A stretch of 64,000 nt of DNA. Origin: Proteromonas lacertae. Taxonomy: Eukaryota. This document shows positions 1-13,459 of this stretch, in pieces. The first letter of the stretch is position 1. Each line of letters starts with the position of its first letter. Position numbers and translations under genes: made by a program. The notes under the pieces are model-generated. The model saw only the letters and a program-made list of their open reading frames with translations. It was not told the DNA's origin and did no database searches. The DNA is taken from positions 62,001 to 126,000 of the forward strand of contig NGBS01000875.1 of NCBI GenBank assembly GCA_002245135.1, in the 5' to 3' direction.

Positions 1-1744
1 TGTAACAGAGTTTTCTCTATCAAGTTCATTAATGACTTATATTGTTTTCTTATTCAACTTACTAAGTACTTTGTACAATCCATTTATAAATATGAAAGTA
101 AGAAAACATATGTATATATTAATATATATGATATATTGATAGTATTTGGTTTATTTCAGTAGTTCCAAGTTTAATCTTTTCTACAGTGTTTAGTTTAACA
201 CGTTCAAATAAAGATTTCATTGGAATCTGTTGGATAATTAGTGATACATCATTGCAAATATCATTTTCAACCTTTATTGCATTATATCTACCTGTTGTAT
301 CAATAGTAACAATGTCAATATTTGTTTTAAGAAGTTGCAATAAATATTTCAAAAAAATAAATGAAAATGATTTAACAAGAAACTGTAGTAGTTTACACTA
401 TGATACTATTAGTTATGGTAATAAATTAGTTATAAGTTATTCAATATATTGGGTTATTTGTATTCTATCATATATAACAACTATGGTATTTAATGATTGT
501 TCATTTTCACTACAAGATGCTTCTATTCCTATTAAATTCGTTATTTATATATTTGCGCTGATATTTCCAATGAAAGGTGTGTTTACATTAATGGTTTGGG
601 TTACTGGCTCGATGTTATTAAATACGAAAGATCATTTATTAACAAGAGAAATGAGAGAATTTACAGTAAATCTATTGATTACTGGAATTCAAAGAGTATA
701 TAAATATTATATTTATATATATATTGGAATAGTTTTCTTCACAAGAAGAACCTCAAAACGATTCAAAAAGATCTGTTAAATTAGAAGGAGATGTAAATGT
801 AATCATAACAGAATATAAACCAAAATCATTTCAAAGAATCAGAGAGATAGTGAATGAAACTGAATCATATTATAATTCCTTTGACAGTGATTGTATTGAA
901 TCAATTACTTCTAATGGAAGTAGTGGTGCTTATCAGTTCTTTAGCAATAATAGGAAATATATAGTAAAAACAATGACAGAAAATGAATTTAATGTATTGG
1001 AAAGTCTATTACCAGATTATATAAATCATATTATTAATTTAAATAATTCATATAATGATAATGGAAATAACAACATGCAGTCAAAATTAACATTATTTTT
1101 AGGATGTTATTCATATGATACAAGTGGATTATTTCCTGGAACATATGAAAAATATTATTTCTTTGTTATGAATAATTTAATAATAAATAGAAAAGAATAT
1201 ATCTTCTATGATCTAAAAGGATCTTATATTAATCGAACTAATAGTAATATAAAGAGATGTAGTTGTTTATTAAAGGAAGATTATGAATGTGATTGAAAGA
1301 TAATGATTATTCAGAAACAGTAGCTATTAAGCTAAAAAAGGATGATAAATCATTGCCATTATATAATATACTGTTAGATGATACATTCTTTTTAATGAAT
1401 CACTCATTGATGGATTATAGTCTATTATTGGCTGTTAAGAAACAACAAAGTGATGGTGATGGTGATAATGATATTAAGTGTGAAGATGGTAATAACGTGA
1501 TGAATAGTAATGAATTGGTTGATATAAATGGAACAGTATTTTCGATATTGATAATTGATTTGTTTCAGAAGTGGGATATTAAGAAGAAGATGGAGAATAT
1601 TTATAAAATTGTATATTTTAGTAATCATATATATATAAATAGTTTGTGAAGAGATTAGATTCAAATGGAATTTCTTCAGTTAATCCTTTAGTATATCATA
1701 GCAGATTTGTTGATAAGGTGGTAAACCAGCTTTTTTCAGGTTAA
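1..1744 (+). CDS. Multi-TM (GPCR-like) domain fused to a phosphatidylinositol-phosphate kinase (GPCR-PIPK); 5' end lies outside the window
   Basis: Hydrophobic helices in 186-696 are followed by PIPK motifs GSSGAYQFFS..KYIVKT, YDLKGS, LKDND, MDYSLLL, IID and ISSVNP..Y.SRF. GT-AG introns at ~697-729 and ~1611-1642. Frame break near 1291 is unresolved. Confidence 0.85.
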
Positions 1745-1806
1745 TTATTTGTAAATATAATAATATAATTATAATTACAGTGTTTTAAAAAAGAAAAAAG
1801 AAAAAA

Positions 1807-1877
1807 TGCGCTAACCGGGAGTCGGACCCGGAGCTAATGCTTGGGAAGCATTGATGTTACCGTTACACTACTAGCGC
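1807..1877 (-). tRNA. tRNA-Gly (anticodon CCC)
   Basis: Reverse complement GCGCTAGTAGTGTAACGGTAACATCAATGCTTCCCAAGCATTAGCTCCGGGTCCGACTCCCGGTTAGCGCA folds as a cloverleaf. The anticodon stem AATGC/GCATT surrounds CCC. An oligo-T Pol III terminator follows (A-run 1801-1806 on +). Confidence 0.93.
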
Positions 1878-1916
1878 AATTACTGTTTTTGTGAAAACTT
1901 GAAGCATAAAGGAAAT

Positions 1917-2835
1917 ATGGGCAGAAATTCATTTTTCTTTTTAACAGCTGCAGCAGGTGCTACTTTTGGTATTTGGTATGGAATCAAATTTTATTATACT
2001 CATTATCAAAGAAATGTATATTATTCAATAGATTAAGCTCATTTATAAATAGAAAGCAAAAGCAAATAAAGAAAGGAATGATTCTTTCGATACAACTAAA
2101 AATCATTGCAAAGGTCCTATCAGTGCAGATAAATTTATAGAGATTTTGAAAGAAGTGAATAAAGAGTTTGTGAAGGTTTGTGTATACTTTTATTTTGAGT
2201 TATATAATTCATAGGAACAATTTATGAGAGATGAATATAAAACTCTTCAAGAATATCCAACAATTCCAGAAATTTTCTTAAAAAGACAGATTTATCCAAA
2301 AGTAGAAGAAGCATATTCCAGAATTACAAGCGAAGTTTATAAAATACTAGATGTAAAAGCTGATGATGTTGATAAGGCAACAGATGAATATATTGATATA
2401 CCTGAAGTAGCAGAGCAAAGGCAAATCACTGAGAATTATTTCTCTATATTTTCACCAGATAACCATGAAGAATCAGAAGAAGATTTGATTTTACCACCAG
2501 ATTTAACACTAAAAGTTCTTCAAGAAGAATTAGAAATGAATATATCATGTCTGCATAAAGCAGCTGATGAAATATGTAAAAATGAAAACATAGCTGAAAG
2601 AGATTTAAGTAAAAAATTGCATGAAAGTGAATCATTAATGAAAGAATATACAAATATATATACTCGAATGATAAGAGATGAAGAAGATAAGTTATTTGGT
2701 AAATATAAAATAAAGACAAAGAGTATGCAAGTATCTGTAATTAAACATCAAAATGATTCATCATTTATGTCTGAATTCCAAAAGATATTAGAGAGAAGAA
2801 AACATGAATATAGTTCATTTGGTTTGGATGGTTAA
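1917..2835 (+). CDS. Hypothetical helical protein with an N-terminal TM anchor (2 introns)
   Basis: ATG 1917 gives MGQKFIFLLTAAAGATFGIWYGIKFYY. Two short GT-AG introns join it to ORF 2224-2835. Confidence 0.7.
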
Positions 2836-2952
2836 TTTTTTTTATCTATAATTATTTTATTCTTTATGTATATCTTTCTTTTTATATTCAATAAATAAAA
2901 GATTAATATAAAAATATATTTATTATTAACAATATATAAAATAATACTCTAT

Positions 2953-4233
2953 TTATTTCTTTAATTGTTTTTGCATATGATCAATCAATACTTCAGTGAT
3001 TCTAGTACCACATACTTTCTTCACAAATTCAGATGTTTGTAAAATAGTAATACACTCAGCTAAACCAATAGGTAAAACATCCATATTACGTTTATGTAAT
3101 TCATCCACAGATAATGAAAATACTTCTCTGCTTTCTTCTTCTGGTACTTCTAACTTATCTTTAATACCTTGTAAACCAGCTGCTAATATCATTGCACATA
3201 ATAAATGTGGACTTCCACTGCTATCTCCAGCTCTAAATTCAACTCTTATCTTATCCACTTCACCTATTGTTGGGATTCTTACTAATGCATTTCTACTAGC
3301 AAATCCCCATGTTGTAATAGTTGGAGCTTCATGTCCTGGTTTTAATCTTTCAAAGGATTCTTTATCAATTGCAAATACAGCGGTAATATCTCGAGCATAT
3401 TTCAATAAACCAGCAATGAAATTATGACATCTATAATATAATAATAATAATATAAATATACATTGGTGTTAATTTACCATCCTTTGTTCCCATCACATTA
3501 TTTCCCTTTAAATCTCTTAATAATATATGTTGATGTAAACCACTACCTGCTAACTCAGGGAAGGGCTTTGGACTATATTGAGTATGCCAACCGTATTCTC
3601 TAGCTATCATATCACTAATCCATTTACCATAGACTGTATCATCGGCATTCTTTAACACTGGTTGTAATTGATATTCTACTTCATTTTGGCCTGGTCCTAC
3701 CTCGTGATGTAATCTTTTCACTTTTATTCCTGTTTCTTCAAATACATGGCACAATTGTCTTCTGTAAGTAATTGAACCATCTTCTGGAGGTAAGGATATA
3801 TAATGTCCTTGATCATTGGGTTTACCTTCTTTATCGAGTAAATAGAACTCTAATTCTGAAAACATCTCACACTGATAACCCATTTCTTTAGCTTCATTAA
3901 CTACTTTTTCTAAAACAGCTCTTGGATCTCCTGGATGTGCACTACCATCATTACACTTGACACTGTTGAAATAAGCATCAACATATTCACCTTCTACCTT
4001 CATTCTTCTTCTATCTTCTTTGGTTGAAAATAATAGTATATCAGACTTTTCAACTGAAGCATAACCTGCTACAGATGAACCATCAACACCCAGTCCTAAC
4101 TAAATAAAAGAGAAGCAAATATACCACTCTTCAAGTGTCCTTCAACATTATCAATGGATTCTTCCATCATGTGAATACCACCTAAAGCATCAGTGAAGAA
4201 GAAATCAGCGAAACGAACTTTTTTATCAGCCAT
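2953..4233 (-). CDS. glnA: Glutamine synthetase, type I (GlnA-like)
   Basis: Motifs VDGSS, ELEFYL, HHEVGPGQNE, PKPF..LAGSGLHQH, RLKPGHEAP, SRNALVRIP and RVEFR. Two short introns (~4096-4124 and ~3431-3462). Confidence 0.92.
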
Positions 4234-4378
4234 ATTTTAAAAAAACAAAAGATCGTAGAATCAGAGAAACTATCCGTTTTGAAAAAATAATATTTTGGAA
4301 CACAAATAAAAATAAAAGCTATACGTAAAATATAAATATAATATAATATAATATATTAAAAATAAATTAAAACATTAG

Positions 4379-5160
4379 CTAATATCTCTGTAACATTGGA
4401 TGTCTAACTTTTCTACCATTGTGTTTTCTGGCTTTTCTTGCATAACGATACCTTGGAGGGTGTAACTTCTTGAATACTATACTATGTCCATATATATCTA
4501 TTAATGTATTACACCTTTCTGGTAATGCTAATTTATCAACTAAATGACCATCACAAATCATTAAGTCTAATGGCTTTTCACCTGTATATGCAAATCCTTT
4601 TACTGTTATATAAGGTAGTTCCTTTACATCATTAGGAAGTTTTAACATTGAATTAATTACATCTGCAGTAGGATCTGGTGATATAAAACATGGACTAATT
4701 GTATCAAAATCAACATCTATTTTATTTAAACATTGAGTTACTGTCAATGTCATCGATTGGTCCTTGAATGAATTATACATACAATCAATGAACTTGTGAT
4801 GGTTTATCCTAGGAGTGTGTTGAATTATACAAGAATGAATATTAGCTATGTAACATTCATCTGATATTGCACTACAATTTAGTGTCTGTTTTTCTTTATC
4901 TAAATACTCCATATCTACTATTGGATGAAATGTGAAATTAATAAATGGCAACATGGTTTGGTCTATGGAAATTGGAGGTATTAATTCATCATATTTATCA
5001 TAACATGCTTTTTGTGATGGGTTATAAAATATTTCTACTGGTACAAGAGGATCATCATCAAATTCCCAAAATAAGATCCTCTTCGAATATGCAATCTATA
5101 AAAAATAAATAATTCATTTGATACAGAAATATAAATAATGAATATAATTGCTTTAATCAT
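4379..5160 (-). CDS. GILT-like (gamma-interferon-inducible lysosomal thiol reductase) secreted protein
   Basis: Signal-peptide-like start, VPVEIFY..., FTFHP, C....EC......SC, FIDCM and LPYITV follow the GILT Cys pattern. Confidence 0.65.
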
Positions 5161-5237
5161 GAGAAAAAAAAGAAAATGAAACGATTAATTCAAGCTAAAG
5201 CTTGTTAAGTAACGACTTTGAATTTAAAAGTTGAAAT

Positions 5238-7748
5238 ATGTCTACTTCTAGAAGAAATAATACAACTTCAGTAAGTAAGTCAAATCTAAGTGTAAGAAAG
5301 CCTGGTGTATCATCAAGGTCAAGAGTAAATCAGTCAAAAACAACTACTTCTTCAAGAAGAGCTAAAAAAGAAAAAGAAACAGGTCCAGTTTATAGATTAT
5401 TTGATCCTGACACAGGTGTTGATGTTACACCAAAGAATCTCATTCAAAGAACACAACCAAAAGAGTAAATAATAGAATGTATTTATTATTATATAGTGAA
5501 AAGAAAGATGGTAAAGAACAACAATCTACAACTCAAAATATGCAAGGATCTTCTTCAATCAATAAATCCTCACGTATATATAAGTTGAATAATCATAAAT
5601 ATTCTTATAGTTGCTGCTGGTGTTGAAACTGGCGATCAATTATTATCAGCTTTCTCTCAATCCAGTACACATTCCGATTTTGGTTCATCTTCAGCAGATC
5701 AGAGTGAAAACATAGAAAATTCAAGTACAGGATCACAAGATGGATTAATGAAAGATGATACAATAGAATCAACCAGCTCAGCTGCCTTTGAAGAACCCTA
5801 TAAACCAAAAGAAGAACCAATCAAAGAATTAACAGAAGTTGAATTAAATGAAGTAATTCAAATTAGACTATCTGAAACTGAGACTCATACACTATTTACA
5901 ATGCCAAGTGTATGCGTAAGTGCAGTAGATCCAAATGCAGCAATAGTAACCGAAATGAATGAAAAATACACCAAATTAAAGGAAGATAAAGCTACAAGTG
6001 ATTTATTTATATCCGATTATATTCAAACAGATGGATTTCCTTCTAAATCAAAAGATGTTCAGGTATCTCCAGCTCCTACTAAAGAAATGTGTTGTCAAGC
6101 CACTTCTTGGGATATTTATGATAGTTCTAGAAATTATGAGAATTTAGAAACAATGACAGATTCAGCTGGTAATACATATGTTGAAGCTGGACAAATACAA
6201 ATGGAAGCTGAGAAAGAAGTAGAAGTTGTTTTAGCTAGTAAAGGATGTTTATTAACAATAGATGATGGTGCTGTAGGTTCAAAGAAGGTAAAACAACAAA
6301 CAAAACAAGAAATTGAAGACAGTGAAAAAGTAGATGGAAAAGAAGTTTTACAAATGAGAAAAAGAAATGAAATTTTGGCTAGTGAATTATTAAAGAAAGA
6401 TTTAGACAAGATGGATTGTTTCGTACAGCAGAATATAGTCAATAGTAAACTATTAGAATACAGAGGAATCAACTTCTGGGACTGCGTTGTACAAATGTCA
6501 GATCCATCTGCACTATTCCAAGCAGAAGAAGATGCTACAGCTAATCCAAGTATTGAGAAATTATGGACTTACTCTATATCATTATGTGATGGATATGATA
6601 TTGTTGATATGACTTGGAATCCATCTTATCCTGACTTATTAGCTGTTGGTTATGGACAAGTTGATTATGCATCTAAGAAGGATGGAATGATTATGTTTTG
6701 GTCATTGAAAAATCCATCTTATCCTTTGAAAATATTATATTTGCGAGTACCAGTATCAGCATTAAGATTTTCTAAACAAACTCCCTATCTATTAGCTGTT
6801 GGTACATATGAAGGAAGTGTTGAGTTATTTGATATAAGAAGAGATGATAATGATCCAGTATTAGTATCAACTGATATATTATCAAAACATTCAGAAGCAA
6901 TATGGAAAATGAGATGGGTAGATATGGGTAGTGAAAAAGGTGAAGTTTTAGTCTCCATATCTTCAGATTCAAAGGTAAAAGAATGGAATATTAAACGAGG
7001 ATTAGTTGCTAAAGACTTAATGACATTGAAACGATATAATAATCCAAATGGTTCTCAATGGAAACCTCCAGAGATTAAAGGTGATAGTTTATTACCAAGA
7101 ACATCAGGTGGTTGTTCGTTTGATTTTCCAGATAATGATCCAAGTACATATTACGTTGGTACTGAGAATGGTACAGTCCATCGTTGTAGTTGTTCTTATA
7201 ATGAACAGTATTTACAGAATTATTTAAGTCATTCAGCTCCAGTTTATCAATTGACTTGTTCTACTTTTGATCCTACTATATTTTTCACTTGTTCTGCTGA
7301 TTCTAAGATTAATATTTGGGATGCAAAATTGAATGATCCATTAGTCACAATGCAATCACCTGATGGATCAGATGCGATTAATGATATTAACTTTTTACCT
7401 TATTCTTCTACAGTATTTGCATCAGTATCTGCAGAAGGTAGAATTGATATTTGGGATATATATAAGAATGTTATTAATCCATTAATTACAGAATATACAG
7501 CCAAAACTGCTGATGATAGTAGTAATAATACAGAGAATAAAGATGGATCTGCTTCTCCAGAGAAGATTACAATGGCATCAATAAAACATACATCATTAAA
7601 TAGAGTATTATTTGGAATAAATACACCAGTGTTATTGACAGGAGATAATGATGGTAAAGTGACAGTATATAGAGTGAATGGAATAGAAACACAGTTTACA
7701 AGAACAGAACATGTTGAAAGATTACATAAAGGTATTCATCCTGAATAA
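5238..7748 (+). CDS. DNAI4: Axonemal dynein intermediate chain, WDR78/DNAI4 (IC138-like)
   Basis: Motifs GVDVTPK, LSETET, QATSWDIYD, DLLAVGYG..FWSLKNPSYP and VGTENG.VHRCSCSYNEQYL, plus WD40 repeats. Two introns join 5238-5464 to the main ORF. Confidence 0.9.
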
Positions 7749-8181
7749 TTGATGTTATATTAATGAAAATACAATTCAAAATTAATTTATAGTTATATCC
7801 CTATCTCTCTCTCTCTTTCACATTACACATTCATCTTATCTTCAAAAGAAATGTTTTTTAAATTATTTTTATTATTATACTAATGTTCTTTGGATTTGAA
7901 TTGTGATAATTACATAATCTTATTCATTATCTATTGAATCTATAAACAAATTAAATATATGAGATTATAATATATATGAAATAGACAAAAAGAGAATCAT
8001 ATAAACAAAAAGAATAATCTCTTAAAGAATTTACTCAAAGTCTATCACGCCTTATCTCAACAGTCGAGATAGACGGGCGAACTTTGAGAATAAAGTGTAA
8101 ATAATAACAATATATACCTATTTCAGAAGATAATGCAAAATGCAGTTTTTCAAATCTCAAGTTTAAATTTGAAAATCTATT

Positions 8182-9624
8182 ATGCATAGTCTTTATAAAC
8201 TCCTCAAAGATCCACAATCGCGTATAGATTTTTGGTTTAATTACCTTAGATGAATCTGCTTTACTTGGAGCAATAGAAGAATGTGAAAAAGAAGTTGATA
8301 ATAGTACATTATTCAAATATTATGAAATAGAACGTGTACCAATTATGCCAGATCCTGATAGAGAAGTATTATACAAAAAGATGTATGAAATTATTGCTCA
8401 TTCTCTTGTTGGTTATGAACCAATACAATCTGAACTTAGTATCAAAGAAAAATGTGTTGAAATTCAACATTATGAAGTACCAGATATTAAACCTGATAGT
8501 ATTCTTTTTTTCGTAATTTCATTAGCAATAAACAAGTTTTTAAAATTAATCAAATGGTTAGCTATTGATAAATCATCTAATGTATTTAGAAAAAAAGAAT
8601 GGTTGGAATTATTCTGTTTTGCTTGTGAATCTTCATTTGTTTTAGAATCTTCTGATATTTTCACATCTGCAATATCAGATATTGGTACATACATTGTACA
8701 AAATCCAGATGCAATGAAAGTCTTAGTAGATATAGGTGGATTTAAATTGTTAATCAAATTCATAGATGTATATAATATTTAATTTTTTATTATTTATTTT
8801 AATAGTATAATTTACCATGTACAGCCTTCTTATATTTGTACAGATGTTTAATGCATTTAACCTGTACTATAGATGGTTTAGCAAAACAATTCATTGATAC
8901 TCCAAACGCAGTAAATAACACAATATTATTATTAACAAAAATAATCAGAGAAAAAAAGCCACCATTTCCAGCAGGGGTAAATAGAGTGGATTTGGCTATA
9001 GAAATATTGAAATTCTTATACGGATTAATCTCTAAAGAGCCTTCCTTTGATATTGAAGATACAAATAATATTTATATATCCGAATTAGGAGTATTATTGA
9101 GTGAAATCATATTGATTAATGATCATTACAATCAGAGAGTGATTGACTTGAAATTATCAGTGATTGAGTTATTAATGCATGTTAAAGACACTTATACTTA
9201 TTTTATATTAGCGAATAATGTAATTCTTCCTATATTAGACCTATTACAACATCAAGTTTCATTAGTGATAATTGAGAAAAAGTCGCCGAGTTTCTATTTA
9301 GTTATGCCAATATTATCATTATGTGGTATGTTAGCTAGATCCTCTAAACAAGCAAAGAAAATTATAAAGGATTTCATATTTCCCAATGATCCAGTTGATC
9401 CTCCAGCAGAGAAGAACTTAGAACCAGGAGATGCACCACAAGGTACATTGAGATATATGATGATTAAATTAATGACTGATTTTGACTCTAATGTGAAGAG
9501 ATTTGCTAATGAGTTATTATGGGAGTTATGTAATAAAGACACTGATGAATTTGTTAAGAGAACTGGATTAGGTAATGCTATTGGATTTTTACAAGCTCAA
9601 GGCCAAATGGCGCCTGTTAATTGA
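8182..9624 (+). CDS. RIC8: Ric-8/synembryn-like G-alpha chaperone/GEF
   Basis: ARM-like helical protein ending in TLR..MIKLMT..DSNVKRFANELLWELC......FVKRTGLGNAIGFL, the Ric-8 signature. Introns at ~8222-8249 and ~8768-8804. Confidence 0.8.
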
Positions 9625-9754
9625 TTTAATATAACTATATTGCAATTATTACTATTTTTCAATTATATGTTTTTATTTTATGTCTAAAAATAACAAAATG
9701 AAGGAATAAAAAAAGATTTGCATAATCATAACCATAATCTACTCATTTCATACT

Positions 9755-11145
9755 TTACTTTGTTTCAGATAACATTAATCCTGGATTTCTACGATGTTTT
9801 TGACTATTCATAATAAAATAATATATATAAATATAAATATATACATAACTGTTTGTTTTCTCTTTTCTTCAAAAAATTGTAAATCAGATTGTAATATCTG
9901 TTGTTGAACACTCTTTGGTATTTCTTCGCCATATCCTTTTTCCCAATCACCATTATATTTAGTAGGACAAGTTGGTTCGTCATCTGGTTTATGTAATGAA
10001 GCTAAATAAGGATGAGCTAAAGCTTCATCAACTGTAATTCTATCATTTGGATTGAACTGTAACATCTTCTTTAATAAATCAACTGCATCTGGTGAACTAC
10101 GTGGGAAATACTCTTCAAAGGTGTGAAGTACTTCAACATCTAAGTTATGAATGACTTCTAAAGCACGTGGATTACTTATAAATGATAATTGCTATAAATT
10201 ATAATTATAATATATTCATTTATATACTTTATTTGTTGGTCTACCCAACACTCTAAATATTAATTTCAATTGATGTAAATAATCCCTTCCTTTTAAAAAT
10301 GGTTTTCTTCGTAACATCTCAGCGAATATACATCCTACACTCCACATATCAACAGAAGTGTCATATCTTTCACATTCTAATAATAATTCTGGAGCTCTAT
10401 ACCAACGTGTAACTACATACGATGTCATATCTACACCAGTACCTTCAAAACCTTCATCCATACCACGTCCTAAGCCATAATCACATATCTAAATATAATA
10501 ATAATAATATATATATATATTTATTTATACAGCTAAATCACAGTTTGAATTAACCAAAATATTTGGTGGTTTTAAATCTCGATGAAGAATGTTGGCGGAA
10601 TGGAAATATTTCATTCCTCGTAATATTTGATATAAGAAGTATTGAAAGTGTTGGTCGGTTAATTCTTGAGAACTAGCGATAATTCTGTCAAGATCACTCT
10701 CAAATAATTCCATAATCAAATATAAATCTTCAAATTTTTCAGTACCGTATGGTTGAGCAAATAAATCAACCAACTCTACTACATTCTCGTGATTACCGAT
10801 ATGACGTAATATTCTTACTTCTCTCTATATATGTGGTATTATTTACAAATATAACATACAATGATTCTTTTTGCATCGACTAAATCAAGAAACATATTGG
10901 TAATCTTCTTAATTGCCACTTTCTTGTTAGTAAGCTATAAATTCAATTATAAAAATTATCATACTGTATCAAATGCAGAACAGACAGTACCATAAGAACC
11001 ATGACCAACTGGCTTCAAATCTTGGTATCTTGTATCGATTTTGAATACAGTTTTGTCAAATACAACTGTATAAAACTCTCTAATAATAAATAGAGTAATT
11101 CCAATACCTAGGCTTCAAAGCTGGGCCAGATAATTTGCTTTCCAT
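9755..11145 (-). CDS. Mitogen-activated protein kinase
   Basis: [40 protein letters not shown] and ALAHPY motifs across several short introns. Confidence 0.93.
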
Positions 11146-11252
11146 ATCCTAATCAGTTATTCGTTTTCTCAAACAACAATCAAACCTATTTCATTTTTTA
11201 ATTTCAAAAATAATCATAATAAAGTAATAATATTTAAATAATAACATTATGT

Positions 11253-13284
11253 TTAAAATGTTGATTGTACTCTATCACAAGCATCACCACTATAACCTCC
11301 AAAACAAGTACATAATCCTGTTGTATAATCGCACTTTCCTCTACCACTACAATCTCTATATTCAGAATTTTCATCCATATTTGTTGCAGATAATGGATCT
11401 TTATCAGAAGGACATTCAATTAAAGAACAATCACTTCCTCTATAGCCTCCATCGCACTTACAAGCATAGATTATATCTTGACCATATATGTCGTTATTAG
11501 TAGGATCGGTTATACCACTCAATGGAAGACATTTACCTCTTCCATTACAATTATTAGGGCAAGTTCTTCTTTGACATGCAGATCCTTGGTATCCTTCATC
11601 ACATTTACATACTCCAGAGGATCTATCACAAGTGCCTTTGCCACTACATTCTACTTGAGGATGAGCACCAGCTGAATTGACTAAAAATGCAAAATCCTTT
11701 TCTGAATTTTCACCTTCTAATATTCTTCTTGGATTTTCTGACTCTGTTGGGACTTCTTCATCAGTTACATCTGTTGGTTTTGTAAACATAATTTCTGGTG
11801 TGTATTTAAAACTACCACCTATATCTATACTTGTAATTGTTGCAGTTGCTTTTAACATTGGTCCAGGACAAGTTCTAACTCCTTTATTATCTTTTGTACA
11901 TTCACTAAATTGCATTACTTCTACAGTAGCACCTTTAATAACTGTTTGCTTAATTTCTTGTATAGTTGGAGTTACTATTTTAGCATCAGGATCAAGCTTC
12001 TTAAATATCTTTAATGAAGGTGGAACATAAGTAATAGTTGTCTCATCTATTATAGTTTCACCTGGTTTAACATTATCTATTCTTACTTCTTCCTCTGGTA
12101 CTTCTTCATCACTATTATCAGTACCTGTTACATCATCTTCACCTTCATCATCTGTAAATAATAATCTTCTATCACTTCCTCCTTCTGTTGGTGTTGTTGT
12201 TGGTGTTGGTGTTGGTGCAGTTTGTCCTCCCCAAAGTACTAAGCCATCTTCAGTTCTACCTGCTACACCATCTGGACCTACTATAGCTGATATATCTGAT
12301 GACATTAATGGAATTGGACCGAATTGTTTGGAATATAAAAATGAACATTTACCTATTGGAGTATGTGTTGGATCTTCTTTATCATTTCCTTTAATTAATA
12401 TTCCATTAACATCTCCTGTAGTTTTTGATACAGTTACAGTGTATATCCTACTAACAGTTGGATCTCTTTCTGTATTCTCATTTTCTGTTGGATTAAGACA
12501 TGTCATATTTACTTCATTATTTACAAATCTTGTTGTTGGTGGAAAACTATATAGATTTGTCAATATTGACACTAAATCACCTCTTACTGTAACACCTTTA
12601 GTAAAATCATCCTTTTCATCAAAATTGAAAAATGCAAACATTGATAAATCCCTTCTAAAACCAGTTATTTTACAATATGCTATTGTATCTAATTTATTTT
12701 CATCTTCAGATCCTGATACTTGAACACCATAAAGTTGTCCTATTCTTAAACTTTGAGGATTGAAAAGCCCTGTATGAAATATATTAAAATCTGCAACATA
12801 TTTATAATCTGAATCATAACAAGATACAGCTCCTCCATAGTAATTATCAAATACTCCATCATATTCATCCAATTCTAGTAGATACTTACAACCAGCTGGA
12901 CCAGTTGAATCACATATAGTGTTTTTAGGAGCTCCATTTCTACCGTAACCATTTCCAACATATGTGGCACTATATACTGTTCCAGATATTTCAAATAATT
13001 CTTCTTGACCTTCTAGAATTGCTGCACCAAAAGATTTCCCTTTAGGACAGATCTCTAACAAAAATAAATAATTAAACAGAAATAAAGATATAAATACTCT
13101 TAGAACAATCAGCTCCTGTCCACATATATTCAGTATCATCACCACTATTTATACCAACACCCTTTTGTTGATAACAAATACATCTCCCATTTAACAAGCA
13201 CTTTCCATGCCCAGAACATCCATTAGGACAAAACACTGCTGAAACAACTGAAATTATAACTATTAAGCTTGAAATGTGATTCAT
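11253..13284 (-). CDS. Secreted EGF/tenascin-repeat protein, mastigoneme Sig1/Ocm1-like
   Basis: Signal peptide then [11 protein letters not shown]...[40 protein letters not shown] and a C-terminal [24 protein letters not shown]. One intron near 13056-13097. Confidence 0.75.
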
Positions 13285-13459
13285 TTGTTTACGATGGTTA
13301 AAACAGGACCAAGTCAAGCTTTTTCTAAAATCCTATTTTGTGAAGCTTGAAAGCAATGAATAGTCCTATTAACACCATAAAACAAGTACTAAATAGATAA
13401 ACAATAATATTCCAAATAATAAAAAATAAAATATGAAAAATCAATTAATAAATATTAAA

